A DNA stretch of 64,000 nt. Origin: Clostridia bacterium. GTDB lineage: Bacteria; Bacillota; Clostridia; Saccharofermentanales; UBA5734. The stretch lies in contig JAXGXQ010000001.1 in assembly GCA_040772685.1 (NCBI GenBank), forward strand, positions 321,930-385,929. Direction: 5' to 3'. Below are positions 9,449 to 18,031 of the stretch, one piece after another (the stretch's first letter is position 1; each line of letters begins with the position of its first letter). The notes under the pieces were generated by a model. It saw only the letters and a program-made list of their open reading frames with translations, searched no databases and was not told the origin of the DNA. The position numbers were made by a program, and so were the translations under genes.

Positions 9449-10394
9449 CCTGAACTCGAATAATAATGGTTTTGCTGAGCGTTTGACCGCCAAAATTTCT
9501 GAACTGGCGAATCCGACTGTGCTGGGGCTGGACCCGATGCTGGAATATGTACCTGCCAATATCAGAGATTATCTAAGTGACAGATGTTCTGATCAGTTAT
9601 TGGTCGCCGGCATGGCAATTACCGAATTCAACCGGCGCCTGATCGACGCTGTTTACGACATAATTCCAGCCGTGAAGCCACAGTTGGCCTACTATGAACA
9701 GTACGGACGCCCCGGTATGGACGCTTTTTATGAAACCTGCCGCTACGCCCGAACCAAGGGTATGCTGGTTATAGCCGACGGCAAACGCAACGATATCGGC
9801 ACCACAGCAGCAGCTTATGCGCGCGCTTATCTGGGCGAAACCCAGCTGGAAACTGAAAGCCGGGCGATAGCTGAAGTGGACGCTTTAACAATCAACCCCT
9901 ACCTGGGCAGCGATGGGATTGAACCTTTTCTGGAGCAATGCAGTCTGCATAGCAAGGGCGTTTTTATTCTGGTGCGGACTTCCAACCCCTCGGCAGGTGA
10001 TTTGCAGGACCTGAAGCTGGCTGACGGCCGCCTGGTTTATGAATCTGTTGCTGATATGGTGCACAAGTGGGGAAGCGGCAGAGCCGGCGCTTCCGGATTC
10101 GGTCCGGTTGGCGCTGTTGTTGGCGCCACCTACCCGCATCAGGCAGCCGGTCTGCGCGATCGCTTGTCGGAAGCGATTATTCTGGTGCCGGGCTACGGCG
10201 CCCAGGGCGCGACGGCGGCTGACTGTGCTCATAATTTTACGGCAGATGGACGCGGCGCAATTGTCAATGCCTCGCGCAGCCTGATGCTGGCTTATAAGAA
10301 GCGGGAACTGCCGCCTGAGGCTTTTGACGTGGCTTGTCGCGAAGAAGCTATTGCGATGCGCCAGGCGCTTCAGGCAGCGATAACCAACCGGTAA
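9432..10394 (+). CDS. pyrF: Orotidine 5'-phosphate decarboxylase, long type 2 form
   Basis: Motifs LGLDP, DGKRNDIGTTA and a 320-aa length typical of type 2 PyrF. It overlaps the pyrC end. Confidence 0.9.
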   Translation: MRMSINLNSNNNGFAERLTAKISELANPTVLGLDPMLEYVPANIRDYLSDRCSDQLLVAGMAITEFNRRLIDAVYDIIPAVKPQLAYYEQYGRPGMDAFYETCRYARTKGMLVIADGKRNDIGTTAAAYARAYLGETQLETESRAIAEVDALTINPYLGSDGIEPFLEQCSLHSKGVFILVRTSNPSAGDLQDLKLADGRLVYESVADMVHKWGSGRAGASGFGPVGAVVGATYPHQAAGLRDRLSEAIILVPGYGAQGATAADCAHNFTADGRGAIVNASRSLMLAYKKRELPPEAFDVACREEAIAMRQALQAAITNR

Positions 10395-10448
10395 AGAAAC
10401 ACAATTCAAATAATGATACAATAAGCGAAAAAGCAGGAGGCTGAGAAC

Positions 10449-11243
10449 ATGCCCTCACACCGGGAATACCATTTGACTTTATGTGATCGGGAAGAACTTG
10501 ATGCGAATCACGTTGTTCTCACCTTTATCGGCCCGGAAATTGCCGCTGCCGCACAGCCGGGGCAGTTTGTCAGCCTGGCCTGCAGCCGTTTTTTGCGCCG
10601 GCCTTTCGGTATTATGGCCGTTGAGCGAGAAACCGGCCGTTTTCAAGTCGGAATCAGGCGTCAGGGCGAGGGCAGCAACGAGCTGGCTGATCTGCAGCCA
10701 GGAGCTGAGGTTTCAATTCTCGGTCCGTTAGGCAATGGTTTCAAAATTGAATCCGATCGCCAGATTATTACTGTTGGCGGCGGTACCGGAGTTTTTCCGC
10801 TCTTGTTTGTTCACCAGGCGTGCAGCGAGCGTGAAATACCTCATCTGGCTGTTTGCGGGTATCGCAGCAGCGAAGACTCGATTTTGCTGGAAGAATTCGC
10901 TGAAACTGCTGATTCCTGCCTGTTTGCTTCCGACAGCGGTGGCTTGGATATGACCGGCAATGCAGCTGAAGCTCTGGAGCAAGTACTGACAATTATGGAT
11001 GAAGCTGAGCGCTTTTCTTCTGTCGTTCTAGCTTGCGGCCCTGAGCCAATGCTGAAACTGGTTGCAGAGGTTTGCACCCGTAATAAAGTTGAATGCCAGG
11101 TGTCGCTGGAAAGCCGTATGGCCTGTGGCTTCGGCGTTTGTCTTTGCTGCGCTGTGGCGACTGAAAGAGACGGCGAAGCCCGGCATGAGCGCTGCTGCGT
11201 TGAGGGCCCGGTGTTCCCGGCGGAGGCGATCCAATGGAAGTAA
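10449..11243 (+). CDS. pyrK: Dihydroorotate dehydrogenase B electron-transfer subunit
   Basis: An FNR-like fold with the C-terminal 2Fe-2S motif CGFGVCLCC. It lies directly upstream of and overlaps pyrD. Confidence 0.9.
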   Translation: MPSHREYHLTLCDREELDANHVVLTFIGPEIAAAAQPGQFVSLACSRFLRRPFGIMAVERETGRFQVGIRRQGEGSNELADLQPGAEVSILGPLGNGFKIESDRQIITVGGGTGVFPLLFVHQACSEREIPHLAVCGYRSSEDSILLEEFAETADSCLFASDSGGLDMTGNAAEALEQVLTIMDEAERFSSVVLACGPEPMLKLVAEVCTRNKVECQVSLESRMACGFGVCLCCAVATERDGEARHERCCVEGPVFPAEAIQWK

Positions 11244-12160
11244 ACACTGTTGATACCACCGTCACAATCGGCGGTTTGAAGTTGAAGAATCCTGTTATTA
11301 CCGCTTCCGGCACCTTCGGGTTTGGCCGTGAGCTGGCGGAATGGTTCGATTTGGCTGAGCTGGGGGCAATGGTCAGCAAAGGCGTAACCAGACTGCCGCG
11401 GCTGGGCAATTCGCCGCCGCGGGTTGCGGAGACTGCTGCCGGCATGCTGAACAGCGTTGGCTTACAGAACCCGGGCCTTGAGCGTTTTATTGCGGAAGAA
11501 CTTCCCTTTATGCTGGCAGCCGGAACCACGGTTGTGGTTAATGTTGCCGGCGATCTGCTGGAAGATTATATCCACTGCTGTCAGACGCTCGATTCACACC
11601 CTGTAGACGCGATCGAACTTAACCTTTCCTGCCCGAATGTTGCCAAGGGTTGTATGACCTTCGGTGCCGATGCTGAAAGCGTCCGTGCTGTTGTCGCGGC
11701 CTGTCGCGCAGTGACTGATAAACCCTTGTGGGTCAAGCTCACACCCAACGTTACCAGTGTCAGTGAAATAGCAATGGCAGCTGAAGCCGGCGGTGCCGAT
11801 GCTGTTTCTTTGATTAACACATTAATGGGCATGGTTATAGACCGCCGCAGCCGCAGGCCGCTGCTGCACAATAACACTGGCGGACTTTCCGGTCCTGCCA
11901 TCAAACCGGTGGCTTTGCGCATGGTAGCCGAAGTTGCGCGGGCTGTTAAGATACCGGTTATCGGCATGGGCGGCATTACAACCGGTGCCGATGCGATTGA
12001 TTTTATGATCGCTGGCGCTGCCGCAGTGCAGGTAGGCACGGCGACACTGGTAAAACCAACAGCTGCATTGGCAATAAAAGCTGAAATGCTGAAGATCGCG
12101 GCAGAGGATGGTGTCAGCCGTCTGGCGGATTACACAGGAACGCTTGAACTCTGGACATAA
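11234..12160 (+). CDS. pyrD: Dihydroorotate dehydrogenase B catalytic subunit
   Basis: Motifs ASGTFG, NLSCPN (catalytic Cys) and GMGGI. Confidence 0.95.
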   Translation: MEVNTVDTTVTIGGLKLKNPVITASGTFGFGRELAEWFDLAELGAMVSKGVTRLPRLGNSPPRVAETAAGMLNSVGLQNPGLERFIAEELPFMLAAGTTVVVNVAGDLLEDYIHCCQTLDSHPVDAIELNLSCPNVAKGCMTFGADAESVRAVVAACRAVTDKPLWVKLTPNVTSVSEIAMAAEAGGADAVSLINTLMGMVIDRRSRRPLLHNNTGGLSGPAIKPVALRMVAEVARAVKIPVIGMGGITTGADAIDFMIAGAAAVQVGTATLVKPTAALAIKAEMLKIAAEDGVSRLADYTGTLELWT

Positions 12161-12253
12161 ATTAAACAGTTGGTTAGCCGGCCGATTACAGTTAATGCCA
12201 GTAATTTACACGACAGATGAAGATAACACAGGACAATAATAGAGGAGTGCCAT

Positions 12254-13108
12254 ATGAATACTGATGAAAGAATCGTCCGTGCTTTATTCGATACTAAAGC
12301 GTTGCGGATCAGTTCTCCCGATCAACCCTTCTTTTACACTTCGGGAACTATAGGCCCTTACTATATCAATACGCATTTTCTCTACGGCAGCGAAGCCGAG
12401 GCACAGGAACTTTTGACGAAAATTGAAGCAGCTGTCCGCCAGCCGGAAAAACTCACGGCAGTACTTTTGCCGCTGCTGATGAAACAGTATGAAGAAAACA
12501 GCACTTACCGCCTGGTTATCGATGCCCTTAGTTCAAAGGCCGCTGAATTGCCGCACGATATTATCTCCGGCGGCGAGCGACGCGATTTCATTTTCTCACT
12601 ACCGGTAGCGCAGATTCTGGGAAACCCACATCTGAGCATCCTTAAAAGCGGCGAGGTCTGGTTCGGTCGCCGGACAGACTACATTGAATTCGAACCAGAA
12701 AAGGGTGAATTGGCCGGCCTGCAGGTGCTCCACATATCCGATTTGGTAACCGCCGCCTCCAGCTACACTCGTACCTGGATACCCGCTGTAACCGGCACTG
12801 GCGCTACCATGCCGCATACTCTGACGGTAGTTGACCGTGATCAGGGCGGCGAGCGGGCATTAGCCGGCGTCAGAACTACGTTACACGCACTGACAACATT
12901 CTCGGCGGAATTGTTTGAAACAGCTGCCACCGCGGGATTAATTACCAAGTCACAACTGGAACAAATTCTCAGTTTTCTCGAAAATCCAACAGCTTTTGAA
13001 AGCAAATTTCTGGCGGAGCATCCTGATTTTCTGAAAGAACAAATCGCGCTGGGCGGCAAAAATGCTGAGCGGGCACGCCTGGTGCAGGAGCGTCTGCGGC
13101 ATGGCTGA
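12254..13108 (+). CDS. Atypical long orotate phosphoribosyltransferase-like protein (putative PyrE)
   Basis: Sits in the last biosynthetic position of the pyr operon. It has an OPRT-like N-terminus (FFYTSGTIGPYYINTHF) and a degenerate PRPP loop (VLHISDLVTAASSY). At 284 aa it is much longer than a canonical PyrE of about 200 aa. AGAGGAG lies upstream of the ATG. Confidence 0.55.
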   Translation: MNTDERIVRALFDTKALRISSPDQPFFYTSGTIGPYYINTHFLYGSEAEAQELLTKIEAAVRQPEKLTAVLLPLLMKQYEENSTYRLVIDALSSKAAELPHDIISGGERRDFIFSLPVAQILGNPHLSILKSGEVWFGRRTDYIEFEPEKGELAGLQVLHISDLVTAASSYTRTWIPAVTGTGATMPHTLTVVDRDQGGERALAGVRTTLHALTTFSAELFETAATAGLITKSQLEQILSFLENPTAFESKFLAEHPDFLKEQIALGGKNAERARLVQERLRHG

Positions 13109-13736
13109 GGGTTCAGTTAAAACGAAAACAGCAGACGTGCCGCGACAGCCGCAACAGTTGCGACAAACGCAGCAGTTTAAGACTCCGGAATACATTCTTA
13201 AGCGCAGCCGCCGTAAAACCCTCTGCCTGGTTATCCGGGCTGATGGTTTGCTGGAGGTGCGCAGTCCGTTAAGGTTACAGCAAGCCAGAATCAATGAGTT
13301 TGTGCGCGAAAAAAGCGATTGGATTGAAAAAACTCTGGCCAACAGGGAAGAGCAGGTGCTGGTGAAGTTGCCGGACGACAATGCTTTTAAGGAACTCACG
13401 CAGCAGACACTTGAACTGGCTCAAAAGATTATCACCAGATATTCAACTCGCTATCCCGAGTTAGAACCGGCATCTATAAGTATTGGCCGCCAGAAAAGCC
13501 GCTGGGGAAGCTGCAGCAGCAGTGGACGTATCCGGTTGAATGCCTGTCTGGCAAAGCTGCCGGAACAACTGGCGGAATATGTGATTGTGCATGAGCTGTG
13601 TCATCTCAGGCATTTAGACCATTCCGCCAAGTTTCATGCTTTGTTGCAACAGCTCCTGCCGGCCGCTAAACAGCACCAACGCGAATTGAAGCGCTACCGC
13701 TTAATTAAACATGATGAGCCCGTTTATGGCAGCTGA
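13101..13736 (+). CDS. YgjP/DUF45-family metal-dependent hydrolase (M48-like, HExxH)
   Basis: Motif WGSCSSSGRIRLN...VIVHELCHLRHLDHS. The ATG at 13101 overlaps the stop of the preceding gene (ATGGCTGA). Confidence 0.75.
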   Translation: MAEGSVKTKTADVPRQPQQLRQTQQFKTPEYILKRSRRKTLCLVIRADGLLEVRSPLRLQQARINEFVREKSDWIEKTLANREEQVLVKLPDDNAFKELTQQTLELAQKIITRYSTRYPELEPASISIGRQKSRWGSCSSSGRIRLNACLAKLPEQLAEYVIVHELCHLRHLDHSAKFHALLQQLLPAAKQHQRELKRYRLIKHDEPVYGS

Positions 13737-14574
13737 ATCTTTCTACGGGCAGGTGGTGCTGGTGACTGGCGCCAGTTCAGGTATCGGGCTTGCCGTCGCC
13801 CGTTTGCTTTTAGAGCAAGGTTACACTGTACTCGGAGCATCCCGGCGTTTACCGGAAATGCTGCCACGCTTGAGCGAAGCTGATCCTCTGCTTGCGGGTC
13901 TTATTCCTTACCGGCTGGATATAACAGAACCGGAATCCTGTTGTCGTTTAGTCGAGCAAATTATGTCTGATTATGGCCGGCTTGACGCCTTGTTTCATTG
14001 CGCCGGTTCCGGCCTGGCCAGTGCTGTTGAGGAAACTCCGGTTGAAGAGGTGCGCTGGCAGCTGGATCAGATATTCATCGGTGCAGTTAACATGGTCCAA
14101 CCTGTATTGCCGCTGATGCGCAGCCAGAAAAAAGGCCTGATCGTGCTGATAAGTTCTGTTGCCGCTTTTGTACCGGTGCCGTATCAGACCTATTACAGTG
14201 CTGCCAAAGCGGCGTTGCAGGCTTATGCGACTGGTCTGGCTGATGAGGTTGCTCCGTTTGGTATCCGCATATCAGTAGTTTCGCCCGGTGATACAAAAAC
14301 CGGCTATACTAATGCCCGGCGGGTCATAGGCAGCGGCCGGCCCGATTCTCCTTATAGCGGACCTCTGGAACGATCTGTAGCCAAAATGGCCAGGGATGAG
14401 CAAAATGGCATGCGACCGCAAGCTATTGCGCGTGCAGCCGTCAAGAATCTATACACAAGCAGACCGCCATTAAACCGGACGCCTGGTTTGCTTTATAAAG
14501 TTACCCTGTTAGTGCAAAGGCTGATGCCAACGAGACTTTTTCGGGCGATTATCCGCCGGATTTACGCAGCCTGA
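13711..14574 (+). CDS. SDR-family oxidoreductase
   Basis: Motifs TGASSGIG and YSAAKAAL. The exact start is ambiguous (ATG at 13711, 13714 or 13726). It overlaps the end of the preceding gene. Confidence 0.85.
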   Translation: MMSPFMAAESFYGQVVLVTGASSGIGLAVARLLLEQGYTVLGASRRLPEMLPRLSEADPLLAGLIPYRLDITEPESCCRLVEQIMSDYGRLDALFHCAGSGLASAVEETPVEEVRWQLDQIFIGAVNMVQPVLPLMRSQKKGLIVLISSVAAFVPVPYQTYYSAAKAALQAYATGLADEVAPFGIRISVVSPGDTKTGYTNARRVIGSGRPDSPYSGPLERSVAKMARDEQNGMRPQAIARAAVKNLYTSRPPLNRTPGLLYKVTLLVQRLMPTRLFRAIIRRIYAA

Positions 14575-14744
14575 GGTTTGTCTGCTTAAACTTTTAGAAT
14601 AAGTATTTGTTTAAAGCTAACCTGAGGAATTGCAGGATACTGCTGCCTGCCATATCGGAATGCTTTATTTTTGTGTTACAATATTTCAACAATCTAAATC
14701 ACTAAATGCGCAATATTTGTGCTGTTACCGCTCCGGAGATAACG

Positions 14745-15773
14745 ATGAGCTTCATATTTCAACATAAAATGCCGAGTTCGGCAGAAGTTAAAGAACAGTA
14801 TCCGCTGCCGGCGGATCTGGCTGCTAAAAAAGCAGAAAGAGATCAGCAGATCCGCGCTATTATCGCTGGCGACAGCGACCGCTTTCTGGTGATTGTCGGG
14901 CCTTGTTCAGCCCATTCTGAAGATGCTGTCTGTGATTATGTCAGTCGTCTGGCAAAAGTACAGGATAAGGTAAGCGACCGTCTGGTTTTAGTTCCTCGCA
15001 TATACACAAACAAACCGCGTACAACCGGCTCTGGCTATAAAGGAATTCTGCACCAGCCTGACCCTACCAAAGCGCCTGATATGGTGGCGGGTTTACTTGC
15101 TTTGCGCCAGATGCATTTGCGCTGTCTGCGCGAATCAGGGCTTTCGGCCGCTGATGAAATGCTTTATCCGGAAAACCACACACATCTCGATGATTTGCTT
15201 AGTTATGTCGCCGTTGGCGCCCGTTCGGTCGAAAACCAGCAGCACAGACTTACAGCCAGCGGCGTTGACCAGCCTGTCGGCATGAAGAACCCGACCAGCG
15301 GTGATTTACAGATCATGTTGAACGCGATCTATGCCGCACAGCATCCGCACACATTCGCATATCAGGGCTGGCAGGTTCAAACCAGCGGCAATCCGCTTGC
15401 CCACGCCATTTTACGCGGTGCTGTCGACCGCTATGGCAAAGCGCAATCGAACTACCATTATGAAGATCTGATCCGGCTTGATGAGCTTTATAAACGAATG
15501 AATCTCAGTAATCAAGTTGTTTTGATCGATACAAATCATGCCAATTCCGACAAGACTTATCAGGAACAGCCACGCATCTCCGCGGAGATAATGCATAACC
15601 GCAGGGTTTCGCCTGTTATCAACAATCTGGTGCGTGGATTAATGATCGAAAGCTATATCGAGCCGGGCTCTCAGGAACCGGACGGCTGTGTTTATGGCCA
15701 ATCTATCACCGACGCCTGCCTTGGCTGGGCTGAAACTGAGGATCTACTGCTTCGCATAGCTGACCAGGCTTAA
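14745..15773 (+). CDS. 3-deoxy-7-phosphoheptulonate (DAHP) synthase, class I
   Basis: Motifs GPCSAHSED, KPRTTGSGYKG and IDTNHANS. Start chosen at the ATG at 14745, behind GGAG. Confidence 0.9.
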   Translation: MSFIFQHKMPSSAEVKEQYPLPADLAAKKAERDQQIRAIIAGDSDRFLVIVGPCSAHSEDAVCDYVSRLAKVQDKVSDRLVLVPRIYTNKPRTTGSGYKGILHQPDPTKAPDMVAGLLALRQMHLRCLRESGLSAADEMLYPENHTHLDDLLSYVAVGARSVENQQHRLTASGVDQPVGMKNPTSGDLQIMLNAIYAAQHPHTFAYQGWQVQTSGNPLAHAILRGAVDRYGKAQSNYHYEDLIRLDELYKRMNLSNQVVLIDTNHANSDKTYQEQPRISAEIMHNRRVSPVINNLVRGLMIESYIEPGSQEPDGCVYGQSITDACLGWAETEDLLLRIADQA

Positions 15774-15791
15774 TTTACAAGGAATCTTATT

Positions 15792-16739
15792 ATGAATATA
15801 AAGGAAATCAGCGCTCAACTGACAGCAATCAAACAAAGCATGCAGCAAGTCGTTGTCGGTAAGGAAAAAGCGCTCGATTTGATGTTGATCGCACTACTGT
15901 GCCGCGGACATGTTCTATTGGAAGACGTGCCGGGCATCGGTAAAACGACAATGGTTTCAACCCTGGCTCGTTCGCTGGGCCTTAGCTTCAACCGCATTCA
16001 GTTTACGCCGGATGTCATGCCCTCGGATGTCACCGGGTTTTCGCTGTATAATCCCGCCAGCGGCAAATTTGAGCACCATCCGGGCGCGGTGATGAGCCAG
16101 CTGTTGCTGGCAGACGAAATCAACCGTACTTCGCCCAAAACGCAGTCGAGTCTGTTGGAAGTCATGCAGGAAAACCAGGTTACGGTCGATGGGACAACTT
16201 ACCCTGTACCGCAGCCGTTTATGGTTCTGGCAACTCAGAACCCCGTTGAACATGTCGGCACCTATCCGTTGCCGGAAGCGCAGCTGGACAGGTTCATGAT
16301 GCGGATCTCCCTGGGTTACCCGACAATTGAAGAAGAAATGCAGATCTACACCCGCTTTATGGATGATTCGCCGCTTAACCATCTGCAGCCGGTTATAGGG
16401 GAAGAGGGGGTCCTGGCTTTACAGGCTTCTGTCAGCGAAATTTACTGCAGTGAAGCAATTAAGCAGCTGGTAGCACAGATTGCCGCCGAAACCCGCCGGC
16501 ATCCGGACCTCGCACTGGGTGTGAGTCCGCGAGGTTCGCTGATGCTGATTCTGGCGTCCCGCGGCGCGGCAATGCTGAAGGGCCGCGAATATGTGCTGCC
16601 AGACGATGTTCTGGCTCTGGTTGAACCTGTGCTGGTTCACCGTCTGATGCTGCGTCCGGAAGGGCGGCTGCGTCAGGTTTCTCCGGCTTATGTCCTAAAT
16701 GAAATCCTGGCTGCAATCGAGATACCGGCTGCACGATGA
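15792..16739 (+). CDS. MoxR-family AAA+ ATPase
   Basis: Walker A VPGIGKTT, Walker B LLADEINR, and a MoxR-type C-terminal lid (GVSPRGS). Confidence 0.9.
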   Translation: MNIKEISAQLTAIKQSMQQVVVGKEKALDLMLIALLCRGHVLLEDVPGIGKTTMVSTLARSLGLSFNRIQFTPDVMPSDVTGFSLYNPASGKFEHHPGAVMSQLLLADEINRTSPKTQSSLLEVMQENQVTVDGTTYPVPQPFMVLATQNPVEHVGTYPLPEAQLDRFMMRISLGYPTIEEEMQIYTRFMDDSPLNHLQPVIGEEGVLALQASVSEIYCSEAIKQLVAQIAAETRRHPDLALGVSPRGSLMLILASRGAAMLKGREYVLPDDVLALVEPVLVHRLMLRPEGRLRQVSPAYVLNEILAAIEIPAAR

Positions 16740-18031
16740 AGTCGCGGCTGATCAGCTATATCCTGATTTGCCTGTTGTTATATGGTGGGTTCACTTATTC
16801 CGGCTACAGGATTTTTCTGGTTGCCTTGATTGTACTGATACTACTGGGAATTGCTTCTTTGGCGCAACTCTTTTGGATCCGCAGCCGCTTGACTCTAGCC
16901 AAAAAACTGGAGCCTGACCCGGTTTTTACCTTTGATGCAGCTAATCTGATTATCGAAATAAAAAGTAAAACCCGCCTGCCAATTCCAGTGCTGGAAATTA
17001 TCACAGAACAGCGCCTGGTTGATCCTTTTGCCCTTAAGCCGGTTCCGACTCAGATTGTATTTCGCAACCGTCGCCTGACTTCACGTATTGGCCGCGGCAC
17101 TTACCTTGAAACAATCCGGTTGCGTACCGGGATCACGCGAACATATGAGATACATGTCGGCAATATCAATATTCAGGATCCGTTCGGCTTGTTCCATCTG
17201 AAAATTGGCTGCGCCTTATACGGAGGCGCAGAATCCTTGAACCTGCACGTTTTGCCGCGACCGAATGAAAAACTTCTGGTGAGCAACTGGCTACAGAGCA
17301 ACAGGGAAGGAATTAACCCCACTCAACGCTTAGCCGATGAAATCAATACTGTTGCGGACTTGCATCAGATGTATCCGGGCGATTCACCGAAACGGATCCA
17401 CTGGATTGTCAGTGCCAAACAGAACCAGTGGATGGTTAAAATGTTTGAAAAGGACGAGCAGGCCCAGGCACTTTTACTGCTCGACCTGGGACCAGCGAGT
17501 TTTTCCGAACGTCTGTTGACTGCCCGGCGCGAAGCTGTTCTGGGCCTTGCTGCTGCCGCAACTCAACAGATGCTGCAGGCTGAATTATCTGTTTTGCTGG
17601 TAACGAGCGACAGCGATCTACGCTATACCTTAGCCGTTCGCGCCGACCAGCAACTGGATCTGCTGGTGCACCTGGCATCATCACCCGAACAAAGTGCCAC
17701 AGGTTTGCGGCATCAGGCGCAGGAAGGTTTGACCCGTTTAGCCACGGAATCCATGGTTGTAGTAGTCACTGCCAGCCCTGATTCGGAGCTTTCCGCTTTA
17801 TGCTCAGACTTAAGCAAGACAGGACATCGTGTCATCGTTATATATTATGAAAACCCGATTTTCAAACCGCATCGAGTCGAAAATGAAATAACCAACCTGG
17901 TAAATGCCGGAGCTCGTCTGATTCGCATTAAAGAAACCGACCCGGCTAAAACCAAACTGCCGGAAAAGCTGCATAAAGTGCGGAAATCTGCTGATGGTTG
18001 GCGCAGGCTGAAGCGGGAGGTTTCCTCATGA
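16736..18031 (+). CDS. DUF58 domain protein, MoxR partner
   Basis: Two N-terminal TM segments and a DUF58-like motif IHWIVSAKQNQWMVKMFE. ATGA overlap with moxR. Confidence 0.8.
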   Translation: MKSRLISYILICLLLYGGFTYSGYRIFLVALIVLILLGIASLAQLFWIRSRLTLAKKLEPDPVFTFDAANLIIEIKSKTRLPIPVLEIITEQRLVDPFALKPVPTQIVFRNRRLTSRIGRGTYLETIRLRTGITRTYEIHVGNINIQDPFGLFHLKIGCALYGGAESLNLHVLPRPNEKLLVSNWLQSNREGINPTQRLADEINTVADLHQMYPGDSPKRIHWIVSAKQNQWMVKMFEKDEQAQALLLLDLGPASFSERLLTARREAVLGLAAAATQQMLQAELSVLLVTSDSDLRYTLAVRADQQLDLLVHLASSPEQSATGLRHQAQEGLTRLATESMVVVVTASPDSELSALCSDLSKTGHRVIVIYYENPIFKPHRVENEITNLVNAGARLIRIKETDPAKTKLPEKLHKVRKSADGWRRLKREVSS

